Source: Actinomycetota bacterium (lineage in GTDB: Bacteria; Actinomycetota; Actinomycetes; Actinomycetales; Microbacteriaceae). From it: 47,227 nucleotides of DNA. Numbering within the stretch: the stretch's first letter is position 1; every line of letters begins with the position of its first letter. Below, piece after piece: positions 1 to 10,065 of this stretch. The position numbers were made by a program, and so were the translations under genes. The notes under the pieces are model-generated. The model worked only from the letters and a program-made list of their open reading frames with translations, ran no database searches and had not been told where the DNA came from. The DNA is taken from NCBI GenBank assembly GCA_041179605.1, contig JBEGTE010000001.1:1-47227 (forward strand). Reading direction: 5' to 3'.

Positions 1-526
1 TCGGAATCCCCAGTTGCGAACGAACCGGCCCCGCGTTCTTGAAACCGGGGTGGAACACCATTGCGTTGACGAAGGTCACACCGATTTCGGCGAAAACCTG
101 CGCAACGCGCTCGGGAGACAAGGAAATGTCGATTCCGAGAGCAGTCAGGACGTCATTAGCGCCCGACTTGCTCGACGCCGCGCGGTTTCCGTGTTTGATC
201 ACGGGGACACCCGCCGCGGCGACGACCATCGACGCGATCGACGAGACGTTGAGAACACCGACTGGGTCACCACCACTGCCTACGATGTCGACGGCATCGG
301 ACGAGACGTCAATCGGCAGAGCTGCGGACAGGATTGCGTCGCGGAAACCGACGACCTCGTCGACCGACTCCCCCTTGACACGCAGCGCGACGAGGAAACC
401 CGCGAGCTGCGCTTCGGTGACTTCGCCGTTCATCACTGCCGTCATCGCAGCCGACGACTCGGCAACAGTCAGTGATTCGCCGCGCACGAGGGCGTCGAGA
501 ATGTCGGTCCACGTCTTCTGGGTCAC
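1..526 (-). CDS. trpD: Anthranilate phosphoribosyltransferase, N-terminal part (runs off window start)
   Basis: Not in the ORF track. Manual minus-strand translation from GTG at 526 gives MTQKTWTDILDALVRGESL...DAVDIVGSGGDPVGVLNVSS...VPVIKHGNRAASSKSG, the TrpD PRPP-binding GxGGD and KHGNR motifs. Divergent from ctaE as usual in actinobacteria. Confidence 0.93.
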   Translation of the reverse strand, partial: MTQKTWTDILDALVRGESLTVAESSAAMTAVMNGEVTEAQLAGFLVALRVKGESVDEVVGFRDAILSAALPIDVSSDAVDIVGSGGDPVGVLNVSSIASMVVAAAGVPVIKHGNRAASSKSGANDVLTALGIDISLSPERVAQVFAEIGVTFVNAMVFHPGFKNAGPVRSQLGIP

Positions 527-642
527 TCCCCCACCCTATCGCGCGAAAGTGTTGGGACTTTGGACACGAAAATTGCGAAAAACACCGAAAAACACCGCCA
601 AAATGGCAAAATCGCACCTCGAAGTTCGCCATAATAGAAGAC

Positions 643-1266
643 GTGACTAGTGCATCAATGCTTCGCTCCGCTCCGGTCGTCAACCGACCGAACTCGGTAG
701 CTGTCGGAACAATCGTGTGGCTTGCGAGCGAGGTGATGTTCTTCGCTGGTCTGTTCGCGATCTACTTCTCGCTCCGCTCCATGGCACCCGAGCTCTGGGC
801 CGAGCAGACGGCAAAGCTGAACGTACCGTTCTCGCTTGTCAACACCACCGTCCTCGTGCTGTCGTCGGTAACGTGCCAGTTCGGTGTGTTCGCCGCCGAA
901 CGCTTGCAGGCTCGCCGCACCAGTTGGTCCCCCAAGGATTGGGGTGCAATCGAGTGGTTCTGGCTCACCTACGCGATGGGCGCGTTCTTCGTTGTCGGCC
1001 AGGTTTACGAGTACGCGATGCTCACCTCCGAGTGGATCATGCTCAACTCGGATGCGTACGGCTCGGCGTTCTACCTCACCACCGGTTTCCACGGACTTCA
1101 CGTGACCGTCGGTCTCATCGCCTTTGTTCTCATCATCGCCCGCATTCAGGCGCTTAAGGTGTTCACGCACCGCGACGCCATCTCCGCAGTTGCCGTGTCG
1201 TACTACTGGCACTTCGTCGACGTGGTGTGGATCGGGCTCTTCCTCGTGATTTACGTACTCAAGTAA
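643..1266 (+). CDS. ctaE: Cytochrome c oxidase subunit III
   Basis: WLASEVMFF, TGFHGLHV and YWHFVDVVW motifs. Start moved from 472 to the in-frame GTG at 643, which follows CATAAT at 630-635. Confidence 0.96.
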   Translation: MTSASMLRSAPVVNRPNSVAVGTIVWLASEVMFFAGLFAIYFSLRSMAPELWAEQTAKLNVPFSLVNTTVLVLSSVTCQFGVFAAERLQARRTSWSPKDWGAIEWFWLTYAMGAFFVVGQVYEYAMLTSEWIMLNSDAYGSAFYLTTGFHGLHVTVGLIAFVLIIARIQALKVFTHRDAISAVAVSYYWHFVDVVWIGLFLVIYVLK

Positions 1267-1280
1267 TCGAAAGCCAGAAA

Positions 1281-2063
1281 ATGACACACACTCCTCGTCG
1301 TGGGCGACGCCACCCGCTCGCCTCTGTAGCACTGTTACTCATTGGACTGTTCGCATCGGGCGGCACCTACGCACTGGCAACGGGTGCGGCAACCGCATCC
1401 GACAACGTACCTTCCGCCGCTCAGATCGAAAACGGTAAGGCTCTCTTCGCCGCGAACTGTGCGTCATGCCACGGTTTGAACGCAGAAGGCACCAAGGCAG
1501 GTCCGGCTCTCGCTGGTGTTGGCGCGTTGGCTGTTGAATTCCAGGTTGGAACCGGTCGGATGCCGATGGCCGGCAGCGGACCCCAGGCCGAAAAGAAGCC
1601 CGTTCAGTTCTCGCAGGCCGACATCGACGCCATGGCGGCGTGGGTTGCGAGCCTCGCTCCCGGTCCGGGAATTCCGGAAGACGAGTACCTCACCGGTGGT
1701 GACGCTTCTAACGGTGCCGAACTGTTCCGCATCAACTGTGCGATGTGCCACAACGTCGCGGGCGCCGGTGGCGCTTTGACCGAAGGTAAGTTCGCGCCCA
1801 ATCTTCACAACATCGACCCCGTGCACATCTACGCCGCGATGGTCACCGGACCTCAGAACATGCCCGTTTTCTCGGACATGAACCTGACGCCCGAAGAAAA
1901 GCGTGATGTCATCGCGTACCTCACCTTCATGGACGAGAACGGATCCGTCGGAGGGCTTGACCTCGGTGCACTGGGACCGGTTTCCGAAGGACTCTTCGTC
2001 TGGATCTTCGCACTCGGTGGGCTCGTCGCCATCACCATCTGGCTCACGGCGAAGTCGAATTAG
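1281..2063 (+). CDS. qcrC: Cytochrome bc1 complex diheme cytochrome c subunit
   Basis: Two CxxCH motifs (CASCH, CAMCH), N- and C-terminal TM helices, located between ctaE and the Rieske gene. Start at ATG 1281. Confidence 0.96.
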   Translation: MTHTPRRGRRHPLASVALLLIGLFASGGTYALATGAATASDNVPSAAQIENGKALFAANCASCHGLNAEGTKAGPALAGVGALAVEFQVGTGRMPMAGSGPQAEKKPVQFSQADIDAMAAWVASLAPGPGIPEDEYLTGGDASNGAELFRINCAMCHNVAGAGGALTEGKFAPNLHNIDPVHIYAAMVTGPQNMPVFSDMNLTPEEKRDVIAYLTFMDENGSVGGLDLGALGPVSEGLFVWIFALGGLVAITIWLTAKSN

Positions 2064-2084
2064 GTTTACGGAAAGGTCAATCGA

Positions 2085-3116
2085 ATGGCAAAGTCAAGCA
2101 AGACCGTAGCGGTCAAGGGCGGCACGGCTGTCGAAAGCCCGAATCGAATTCAGAACCCTGGGTTCGAGCCGGAACACAAGCGTATTCACGACGTCGACCC
2201 CGCCAAGGCGTCGAAGGCAGAGCGTGGAATTTCCGCCCTATTTCTCCTGTCGGGAATCCTCAGCGCGTCAGCGTTCGTCCTCTACTTCCTCTTCCCCATC
2301 GTCCCCGGAGACCTCTGGTCGGTTCGCCTCAACACCCTTCTCGTCGGTGTAGCCATTGCCGCCGGACTCCTCACGCTCGGAGTAGGCACCGTTCATTGGG
2401 CCAAGGCACTCATGCACGGACACGAACTGGTCGAGGAACGTCACGAAACCCGTGGAGACGAACCGACCCGCAAGCGTGCCGTCGAGATCTTCCAGGAAGC
2501 GAACAAGGAGTCAGGCTGGACGCGTCGCCGACTGCTCCGTAACTCGCTGATCACCGCGCTCGCCGCGTTCCCGATCCCCGCTATTGCGCTTTTCCGCGAC
2601 CTCGCCCCAGCAGCAGACCCTGTCCAGATGCTCAAGCACACCGCGTGGCGTGCGGGAACTCGTCTCGCTCGTGACCCCAGCGGGACCCCGATTAAGGCAT
2701 CAGAAGTCACCATCGGCTCGGCGTTCCACGTAATCCCCGAAGACCTCCACAACTACCACGAGACGTTCCTCAACGAGAAGGCGAAGTCGGCAGTCCTCCT
2801 CATGCGCCTGCCCGTAGAAGAACTAAACATCTCGGAAGAGCGCAAGGACTGGTCGTACGACGGAATCGTCGCGTACTCCAAGATTTGTACTCACGTCGGT
2901 TGCCCGGTTGCACTGTACGAACAGCAGACCCACCACCTGCTCTGTCCTTGCCACCAGTCAGAATTCGACGTCGCCAACGAGTGTGCGGTTATCTTCGGAC
3001 CCGCCGCTCGCCCTCTCCCCCAGCTCCCCATCACGGTGGACGCTGAGGGCTACCTTGTCGCTCAAAGCGACTTCCTTGAACCCGTCGGACCTAGCTTTTG
3101 GGAGCGTACACAGTGA
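2085..3116 (+). CDS. qcrA: Cytochrome bc1 Rieske iron-sulfur subunit
   Basis: CTHVGC and CPCHQS Rieske boxes, three TM segments with an internal RRR Tat-like motif, SD GAAAGG. Confidence 0.97.
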   Translation: MAKSSKTVAVKGGTAVESPNRIQNPGFEPEHKRIHDVDPAKASKAERGISALFLLSGILSASAFVLYFLFPIVPGDLWSVRLNTLLVGVAIAAGLLTLGVGTVHWAKALMHGHELVEERHETRGDEPTRKRAVEIFQEANKESGWTRRRLLRNSLITALAAFPIPAIALFRDLAPAADPVQMLKHTAWRAGTRLARDPSGTPIKASEVTIGSAFHVIPEDLHNYHETFLNEKAKSAVLLMRLPVEELNISEERKDWSYDGIVAYSKICTHVGCPVALYEQQTHHLLCPCHQSEFDVANECAVIFGPAARPLPQLPITVDAEGYLVAQSDFLEPVGPSFWERTQ

Positions 3117-4729
3117 CCGTCGCAACTAAGTCAAAGCCCACGCGTCAGCCTTCTGGCGCCGGAATGCGTTTCGTTGGTGGTGTCGCCAACTACCTGGACG
3201 AGCGCACCTCGATCTCGACCGCCGTCAAGACCCTCGGACGAAAGATCTTCCCCGACCACTGGTCGTTCATGCTCGGTGAAATCGCGCTCTACTCCTTCGT
3301 CATCATCTTGCTTTCGGGGACCTTCCTCACGCTGTTCTTCGAACCGGCAATGACGGAAGTCCACTACGACGGCTCCTACGCGCCTCTCAAGGGCATCCAG
3401 ATGTCTGCCGCGTATTCGTCGACGCTGAACATCACGTTCGACATTCGTGGTGGCTTGCTCATGCGCCAGGTACACCACTGGGCCGCGTTGTTGTTCGTCG
3501 CGTCAATTGGTCTGCACATGCTTCGAGTGTTCTTCACCGGCGCATTCCGCAAGCCGCGCGAAATCAACTGGGTAGTCGGGTTCCTCCTCTTCATCATGGC
3601 GATGGCCGAGGGCTTCACCGGTTACTCACTCCCCGACGACCTGCTCTCGGGCAACGGTCTTCGCATCATCGACGGCATGATCAAGGGAATCCCCGGCGTC
3701 GGTCTCTGGATTTCGTACCTGCTGTTCGGTGGCGAATTCCCCGGAAACGACGTCATCCCGCGCCTCTACATGCTGCACATCATGTTGCTTCCCGCAATCG
3801 TGATTGCCCTGATCGCCGTGCACCTCGTGCTCCTCATCGTCAACAAGCACACACAGTTCGCTGGACCGGGTCGCACCGAAAAGAACGTCGTCGGTTCGCC
3901 GATTCTTCCCGTCTTCGCCGCGAAGGCCGGCGGATTCTTCTTCCTCGTGTTCGGTGTCACGATGCTCATCGCATCGCTCGTCACCATCAACCCGATCTGG
4001 AGCTACGGACCGTATGACCCGTCCCCGGTTTCGGCTGGAACCCAGCCTGACTGGTACATCGGTTTCGCTGACGGTATGTTGCGCCTCATTCCTTCTGGCT
4101 GGGAAATCGTGATTTTCGGTGGAACATTATCGCTCAACCTCATCGTTCCGATCACCGTCCTGATGCTGTTCATCGTTGCCGTCATGTTCTACCCGTTCTT
4201 TGAAGCGTGGGTTACCGGCGACACGCGTGAGCACCACATCGCAGAGCGTCCTCGTAACGCCCCTACGCGTACCGCAATCGGAGCTGCGGGTGTTACGTTC
4301 TACGCCGTCCTGTGGGCGGCCGCATCGTCCGACCTCATCGCGACGCACTTCCGCACCACCATCGAAGGCGTCATCGTGACACTTCAGGTGCTCTTGATTG
4401 TTGGACCGTTCATCGCGTTCTGGCTCACCAAGAAGGTTGCTCTCGCGCTGCAGCGCAAGGACCGTGAAATCGTCCTCCACGGATACGAGTCGAGCCGAAT
4501 TGTTCGACTTCCCGGCGGTGAATATCGCGAGATCCACACACCGCTCAACGCGTATGAGCAGTGGCGCCTGGTTTCGTTCGACGAGTACGAGCCGGCGGTT
4601 CTGCGCCCCAACGCAAAGGGGAAGATTACCGTCGGTGCCCGGGTTCGTGCAGGGCTCTCGAGCTTCTACTTCGAGGATCGAATTGCACCGGTCACGAAGC
4701 CCGAGCTCGAATCGGCATCGCACCACTAA
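3113..4729 (+). CDS. qcrB: Cytochrome bc1 cytochrome b subunit
   Basis: QVHHWA...GLHM and MLHI...AVHL heme ligands, PDWY (PEWY-equivalent), long actinobacterial C-terminal extension. GTGA overlap with the qcrA stop. Confidence 0.97.
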   Translation: MTVATKSKPTRQPSGAGMRFVGGVANYLDERTSISTAVKTLGRKIFPDHWSFMLGEIALYSFVIILLSGTFLTLFFEPAMTEVHYDGSYAPLKGIQMSAAYSSTLNITFDIRGGLLMRQVHHWAALLFVASIGLHMLRVFFTGAFRKPREINWVVGFLLFIMAMAEGFTGYSLPDDLLSGNGLRIIDGMIKGIPGVGLWISYLLFGGEFPGNDVIPRLYMLHIMLLPAIVIALIAVHLVLLIVNKHTQFAGPGRTEKNVVGSPILPVFAAKAGGFFFLVFGVTMLIASLVTINPIWSYGPYDPSPVSAGTQPDWYIGFADGMLRLIPSGWEIVIFGGTLSLNLIVPITVLMLFIVAVMFYPFFEAWVTGDTREHHIAERPRNAPTRTAIGAAGVTFYAVLWAAASSDLIATHFRTTIEGVIVTLQVLLIVGPFIAFWLTKKVALALQRKDREIVLHGYESSRIVRLPGGEYREIHTPLNAYEQWRLVSFDEYEPAVLRPNAKGKITVGARVRAGLSSFYFEDRIAPVTKPELESASHH

Positions 4730-4738
4730 ACAATGCAC

Positions 4739-4777
4739 GAAGTGGGGCCGCATCACGAGATGTGGCCCCACTTCTTT
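4739..4777 (+). terminator. Intrinsic terminator of ctaE-qcrCAB (may also serve the convergent small ORF)
   Basis: GAAGTGGGGCCGCATC-acga-GATGTGGCCCCACTTC stem followed by TTT, starting 10 nt after the qcrB stop. Confidence 0.85.
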
Positions 4778-4784
4778 GTGCCTG

Positions 4785-5084
4785 TTATGGCAGAAAGCTC
4801 CCGATAGCGGCGAGTACGAAGGCCGCGATCACAAGACAACCGCATCCCTGCATGCACGACCCGAAAAAGCCTGTCGCGCGCGGGGGTTGCACCACGTTTA
4901 CCACCAGATGTGTAGTACTTTCGCTCGGGATGTTCAGCGTCACTGACTCTCCGTCGTGAAGGACGACCTCCTCGTTAGAGAGGGTCGCCGGGTCGTCAGG
5001 AGTAGACGGGTGAGCGTGTCGAGAGGCGTCGTGCCCGGTCGCATTTGTTTCTGGAGTGTCCGAATTTGCAGGGCCTTTGTCCAT
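4785..5084 (-). CDS. Hypothetical 99-aa protein with a C-terminal TM helix preceded by CxxxCxC
   Basis: The ORF fills the space between two terminators. TAATGT -10 sits 6 nt before the ATG. Polar N-terminus, then GFFGSCMQGCGCLVIAAFVLAAIGSFLP. Confidence 0.7.
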   Translation of the reverse strand: MDKGPANSDTPETNATGHDASRHAHPSTPDDPATLSNEEVVLHDGESVTLNIPSESTTHLVVNVVQPPRATGFFGSCMQGCGCLVIAAFVLAAIGSFLP

Positions 5085-5113
5085 GTCATCACATTATTCC
5101 CGAGCACAGACAT

Positions 5114-5143
5114 GAAAGAACCCCCGCATTAGCGCGGGGGTTC
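5114..5143 (-). terminator. Intrinsic terminator of ctaCDF
   Basis: GAACCCCCGC/GCGGGGGTTC inverted repeat (5118-5143) followed by TTTC on the minus strand, just after the ctaF stop. Confidence 0.8.
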
Positions 5144-5154
5144 AATCGCGGGTA

Positions 5155-5571
5155 TTAGCGGCGGTAAGTGCCGCGGAACGGTTCGAAGAACCAACCGATG
5201 AATGTAATGAGGACAAGGCCGAGCGAGAACAGAGCCAGCCAGACACCGACAGACATCGCAAGCATCAGCACTCCACCAGCGGCACCGGCGAAGAACGGCC
5301 ACCACGACCACGGGAGAAAATATCCCTGCTCGGTGTCGCCGTCATCAATGTCAGCGACCTCTGAGTCCTCGGGCAGGACGCCGCCCTGGCGACGCAGGTT
5401 GAGGAACAAGAATCCGCCGAGCAGCAGGAACATAATCATCGTCAGCGCGATGCCGATGTTGCCGACCCACTCGATTCGGCCTTCGCCGAAGTAGTTCCAG
5501 GTCGGGTAGATGACGGCGAATACCGCAAAGAACGCCGCGAGAACGAAATAGATGGTGACGTTACTCTTCAT
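5155..5571 (-). CDS. ctaF: Cytochrome c oxidase subunit 4 (actinobacterial)
   Basis: 138-aa membrane protein with PED...IDDG...G.F.P.SWWP pattern, downstream of ctaD. Confidence 0.92.
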   Translation of the reverse strand: MKSNVTIYFVLAAFFAVFAVIYPTWNYFGEGRIEWVGNIGIALTMIMFLLLGGFLFLNLRRQGGVLPEDSEVADIDDGDTEQGYFLPWSWWPFFAGAAGGVLMLAMSVGVWLALFSLGLVLITFIGWFFEPFRGTYRR

Positions 5572-5582
5572 TGTTGTGTCCC

Positions 5583-7259
5583 CTACTTGTCCAGGTAGCC
5601 GGCGGGTGCCGTCTCGGGGTGGTTGAGGTCGAACGCAGGCGATTCAGAACGAATGCGCGGAATCGACGTGAAGTTGTGGCGCGGCGGCGGGCACGACGTC
5701 GCCCACTCGAGCGAGCGTCCGTAACCCCACGGGTCGTTGACCGTGACGTCCGGTGCGTTGCGCTTGGTCCACCACACGTTGTAGAGGAACGGAATCATCG
5801 ATACGGCAAGAATCATCGAGCCAACCGTCGACAGCTGGTTCATCCAGGTGAACCCGTCTTCGACCAAGAAGGTTGCGTATCGACGCGGCATTCCCATGAC
5901 ACCCGCCCAGTGCTGGATGAGGAAGGTCATGTGGAAGCCGATGAATAGAATCCAGAAGTGCAGGTGACCGAGGTCTTCACGCAACTTCTTTCCCGTCCAC
6001 TTCGGCCACCAGAAGTAGAAGCCGGCGAACATCGCGAACACGACGGTACCAAAGATCACGTAGTGGAAGTGCGCGACGACGAAGTACGTGTCGGAGATGT
6101 GGAAGTCGAGTGCTGGCGATGCCAGGATGACTCCGGTGAGTCCACCGAAAACGAACGACACGAGGAAGCCGAGTGCAAACACAATCGGCGTTTCGAAGGT
6201 GATTGACCCTCGCCACATCGTTCCGACCCAGTTGAAGATTTTCACACCGGTTGGAACCGCGATCAACATCGTCATGAGCGCGAAGAACGGCAACAGCACA
6301 CTGCCGGTGACGTACATGTGGTGTGCCCACACGGTCATCGACAGGGCCGCAATCGCGATCGTCGCGAATACCAACGTCTTGTAGCCGAAAATCGGCTTAC
6401 GCGAGAACACGGGCAGGATTTCGGAGATGATTCCAAAGAACGGCAACGCGATGATGTACACCTCGGGGTGTCCGAAGAACCAGAACAGGTGCTGCCACAG
6501 AATGGCGCCTCCTGTTTCTGCGTCATAAACGTGTGAACCGAATACACGGTCGGATCCGAGAGCAAGCGCCGCGGCTGCGAACACGGGGAAGACCATGATG
6601 ATGAGCAGCGAGGTGACGAGAGTGTTCCACGAGAAAATCGACATGCGCCACATCGTCATACCCGGTGCACGCATCGTGATGATCGTGGTGATGAAGTTAA
6701 CCGCACCCATGATGGTTCCGAAGCCGGAAAGGCCAAGTCCGAATACCCACATGTTCGCGCCAACGCCAGGAGTGAACGTTGTCGACGACAGCGGTGTGTA
6801 GGCGAACCACCCGAACGATGCCGCACCCTGCGGGGTCAGGAACCCTGCAGTGGCAACGGCCGAGCCGAAGAAGTAGAACCAGAACGCAAGCGCGTTTAGC
6901 CTGGGGAATGCCACGTCCGGTGCTCCGATTTGAAGCGGCATCAACACGTTTGCAAAGGCAGCAAACAGAGGCGTCGCAAACATGAGGAGCATGAGCGTTC
7001 CGTGCATCGTGAAGAGCTGGTTGTACTGCTCTTTGGTCACGAGCGTGAGACCGGGTTCGAAAAGTTGCGCGCGAATGACGAGCGCCATGACTCCGGCGAT
7101 GAGGAAGTACACGAACGACGTGACGAAGTACATGTATCCGATGGTCTTGTGGTTCGTCGTGGTCAGGTAGTCAAGGAACACCATCCCCTGACGGCCGGCC
7201 TTTACGGTCGAGGCACCTGCGGGGATCGAAGCCGCGGGACGAGGAGCAGTCGTTGTCAT
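5583..7259 (-). CDS. ctaD: Cytochrome c oxidase subunit I (aa3)
   Basis: FTMHGT, GHPEVY, WAHHM, VAHFHY and GMPRRY motifs. Confidence 0.98.
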   Translation of the reverse strand: MTTTAPRPAASIPAGASTVKAGRQGMVFLDYLTTTNHKTIGYMYFVTSFVYFLIAGVMALVIRAQLFEPGLTLVTKEQYNQLFTMHGTLMLLMFATPLFAAFANVLMPLQIGAPDVAFPRLNALAFWFYFFGSAVATAGFLTPQGAASFGWFAYTPLSSTTFTPGVGANMWVFGLGLSGFGTIMGAVNFITTIITMRAPGMTMWRMSIFSWNTLVTSLLIIMVFPVFAAAALALGSDRVFGSHVYDAETGGAILWQHLFWFFGHPEVYIIALPFFGIISEILPVFSRKPIFGYKTLVFATIAIAALSMTVWAHHMYVTGSVLLPFFALMTMLIAVPTGVKIFNWVGTMWRGSITFETPIVFALGFLVSFVFGGLTGVILASPALDFHISDTYFVVAHFHYVIFGTVVFAMFAGFYFWWPKWTGKKLREDLGHLHFWILFIGFHMTFLIQHWAGVMGMPRRYATFLVEDGFTWMNQLSTVGSMILAVSMIPFLYNVWWTKRNAPDVTVNDPWGYGRSLEWATSCPPPRHNFTSIPRIRSESPAFDLNHPETAPAGYLDK

Positions 7260-7268
7260 GATGTTGCC

Positions 7269-8108
7269 TTAGCCTTCTGTGGTTCCATCGTTATTGGTAT
7301 TGAGTTCTGCGCCGAGCTGACCGACCTGGCCGGCGTCTCGGAGCGACTGAATGTACGCGTCATACTCGGCCTGTGACACGACCTTGACCGTGAAGAGCAT
7401 GAGCGAGTGATATTCGCCGCACAATTCTGCACACTTACCGCGGTAGGTGCCTTCCTTCTCGGGAGTGACGTACCAGTGGTTCGTCTGGCCCGGAAGCATG
7501 TCCTTCTTGTACAAGAAATCGACGATCCAGAAGGAGTGGTTGACGTCACGCGATTCGAGGTCGAATTCAATCGTCTTGCCGACGGGCAAGTAGAGGACAG
7601 GGAGGGAATCCTCGATGATGTGGTTGGCGTCGTTTTCTTGCGCCTGAATTCCGGTCTCGTAGACGCCGTCAGTGACGTAGTTGAAGTCCCACGCCCAACG
7701 CTTTCCGAACACCTGGATGGTGTAATCGGGGTTGGGGTTGACTTTTTCGATGACCGCTTCGTCACGCGCCGTAAAGGCAAAGAATCCGATGATGAGAATG
7801 AGCGGCACGATCGTGAAGAACGTTTCGATCGGCATGTTGTAGCGAAGCTGAGCGGGAAGACCCGTGTCGCTGCTGCGACGGCGGTACGCGATGGCTGCCC
7901 AAATCATGAGACCCCACGTGATGACACCGACGATGAGGAGAACAATCCACGACGTCGACCACAGGCCGATGATGCGCGACGTGACGTTCGTCGTGTCGGG
8001 ATCCGTGGGAAGCCAACCCTGGAGTTCCTGGTCGGTACATCCCGACAGAGTTAGCGCAGTGGCAATCGCTACAGTTGCGGCCGTCCAGCGAAGTCGGTTC
8101 TTCAGCAC
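7269..8108 (-). CDS. ctaC: Cytochrome c oxidase subunit II (lipoprotein)
   Basis: CuA motif DVNHSF...CAELCGEYHSLM and lipobox LSGC. Probable start is GTG 8108 after SD GAGAGG (ORF track starts at 8126). Confidence 0.96.
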   Translation of the reverse strand: MLKNRLRWTAATVAIATALTLSGCTDQELQGWLPTDPDTTNVTSRIIGLWSTSWIVLLIVGVITWGLMIWAAIAYRRRSSDTGLPAQLRYNMPIETFFTIVPLILIIGFFAFTARDEAVIEKVNPNPDYTIQVFGKRWAWDFNYVTDGVYETGIQAQENDANHIIEDSLPVLYLPVGKTIEFDLESRDVNHSFWIVDFLYKKDMLPGQTNHWYVTPEKEGTYRGKCAELCGEYHSLMLFTVKVVSQAEYDAYIQSLRDAGQVGQLGAELNTNNDGTTEG

Positions 8109-8188
8109 CTCAAACCTCTCCAACATTCTGTGTGTGGTGATGAGTTCAGTCTAGAGGAAAGCGAGCACCGAAATCGTCGTTTCGGCAC

Positions 8189-8225
8189 GAAAAAACCGCG
8201 AAAAGTCGGTGATTTTTCGCGGTTT
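8189..8225 (-). terminator. Intrinsic terminator after the IscA-family gene
   Basis: AAACCGCGAAAAGTC-ggt-GATTTTTCGCGGTTT inverted repeat with a T-run on the minus strand. Confidence 0.78.
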
Positions 8226-8251
8226 ATTCGAATTCGGTACTTTAGTCCCGA

Positions 8252-8605
8252 TTAGTTGAACGAGTCTCCGCACGCACACGTGTTCTGGGCATTGGGGTTG
8301 TTGATCTGAAAGCCGGACGCCTGAATCGAGTCTTCGTAGTCAATCTCAGCACCGTCAAGATACGGAGCGCTCTTCTTGTCGATGACGACCTGGACACCAT
8401 CGAAATCAACGACGGCGTCGCCCTCGTTGTCGCGTTCATCAAAGAACAGGTCATAACGGAATCCGCTGCAGCCGCCGGCCTTGACAACAAGGCGCAAGCG
8501 CAGATCGTCGCGTTGTTCGCGCTCGAGCAGGCCCTTCGCCTTGTCCACGGCGGCGGGAGTCAGGGTGACTCCGTGTGTAGCTTCGGTGAGAGTGTTTCCA
8601 GTCAT
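8252..8605 (-). CDS. HesB/IscA/ErpA-family iron-sulfur cluster insertion protein
   Basis: GGCSG...Y and C-terminal NPNA..TCACGDSF motifs. Confidence 0.95.
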   Translation of the reverse strand: MTGNTLTEATHGVTLTPAAVDKAKGLLEREQRDDLRLRLVVKAGGCSGFRYDLFFDERDNEGDAVVDFDGVQVVIDKKSAPYLDGAEIDYEDSIQASGFQINNPNAQNTCACGDSFN

Positions 8606-8626
8606 GGTTTGATTTTACCCCCGTTG

Positions 8627-10024
8627 TCAAACTTCACGGTCGTTGAGTCGGGTGAGGAACAGTGTTTCGGCAAGAATCGCGCGCTCAAACACCGCGAGCG
8701 ATAGGGACTCGTTGGGGCTGTGCGCCCTCGACGCAGGGTCTTCGACACCCGTGACGAGGATTTGCGCGTCAGGGAATCGCGTGACCAGGTCGGCGATGAA
8801 CGGAATCGAACCGCCGACGCCGGCAAGCACGGGATCGACGCCGTTCCATGCGTCCCGCAGGGAGTCGAGTTCCAACGCGACGGCCGAACCCGACGTGTCG
8901 ACGAGGAACGCGTTTCCGAGGTCGGGAGTCCCGAATGTGAGGTGCGCTCCCCACGGAGCAGTTGCCTCGAGGTGGGCGCGGATGGCGTTCCATGCGTCCG
9001 TCGCCGACTGACCGGGAGCGACTCTCACGGACACCTTGATCGTCACCGATGGAATCAGCGTGTTGGACGCGTTCTGAACGGTCGGCGCGTCGATTCCCGT
9101 TATGGTGATCGCCGGTTGGAACCAAATTCGCGACAGAATCGGCCCGTCCCCCACTTCCGACACGCCGTCGAGCAAACCGGAATCGTGGACGAGCTCGTCG
9201 TGACTGAAGTCAGGAACGGGTGCTGCATAACTTGTGAGTCCCGCTACCGCAACGGACCCGTCGTCGTTGTACAACTTCGAGACAAGGGTCATCGCGGCCA
9301 TCATCGCGTCAGGCACCGCTCCCCCGAGCATTCCCGAGTGAGAAGCGTGCTCGAGCGTAGAAACGGTGAGCGAGAAGGCGACATTTCCACGGAGGCTGAC
9401 AGTGAGCGACGGGATGTCGACCGTTCGATTGTCGCTGTCGGCAACGACGATGACGTCGGCGCGCAACATTCGTGTGTGTGCGTCCAGGATTGTGGTGAAG
9501 GACCTCGAACCGAATTCCTCTTCGCCCTCGATGAACATCGCGAGTCCGATGTTGAGGTCGTCGCCCAACACATCTCGGATTGCTTCAAGAGCAGTGAGGT
9601 GCACGAGCACGCCGGCCTTGTCGTCCGCTGCACCGCGACCGTAAAGTCGACCGTCACGCTCAACCGGATCGAACGGCTCGCTGTCCCAAACTTCGGAATC
9701 GCCGGGAGGTTGCACGTCGTGGTGTGCGTAGAGCAGGACGGTGGGATACCCCGGAGCAGGCTCGCGTCGAGCAAGCACTGCGGGCTGACCATACTTTGAC
9801 TCGTTCGCCTGCTGTTCGCGGACGATCGTCACCTCGTCGAAGATGCCGAGTGCGCGAAGTCGATCGGCGACAAATTGCGCGCTCGCCTCGACGTGTGCCG
9901 GGTCGAACCCGTCCCACGACACCGACGGAATACGCACCAGGTCTTTCAACGTGTCAAGCGCAGCAGGAGTCATCGCGGTGATCCGCTGGCGAAGGGCGTC
10001 TGTCGAACGGTCGTGGTCGGTCAT
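8627..10024 (-). CDS. M20-family dipeptidase
   Basis: YAHHDVQP, GRGAADDK, EGEEE and HSPNE motifs. Adjacent to DUF3043 as usual. Confidence 0.93.
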   Translation of the reverse strand: MTDHDRSTDALRQRITAMTPAALDTLKDLVRIPSVSWDGFDPAHVEASAQFVADRLRALGIFDEVTIVREQQANESKYGQPAVLARREPAPGYPTVLLYAHHDVQPPGDSEVWDSEPFDPVERDGRLYGRGAADDKAGVLVHLTALEAIRDVLGDDLNIGLAMFIEGEEEFGSRSFTTILDAHTRMLRADVIVVADSDNRTVDIPSLTVSLRGNVAFSLTVSTLEHASHSGMLGGAVPDAMMAAMTLVSKLYNDDGSVAVAGLTSYAAPVPDFSHDELVHDSGLLDGVSEVGDGPILSRIWFQPAITITGIDAPTVQNASNTLIPSVTIKVSVRVAPGQSATDAWNAIRAHLEATAPWGAHLTFGTPDLGNAFLVDTSGSAVALELDSLRDAWNGVDPVLAGVGGSIPFIADLVTRFPDAQILVTGVEDPASRAHSPNESLSLAVFERAILAETLFLTRLNDREV

Positions 10025-10065
10025 AACGGTAATCTAATAAACACTGACCTCAAGGAGACACGGAC

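Noticed and set aside
14-650. Plus-strand ORFs 14..475 and 39..650
   Set aside because: Antisense shadows of trpD, whose motifs are clear on the minus strand.
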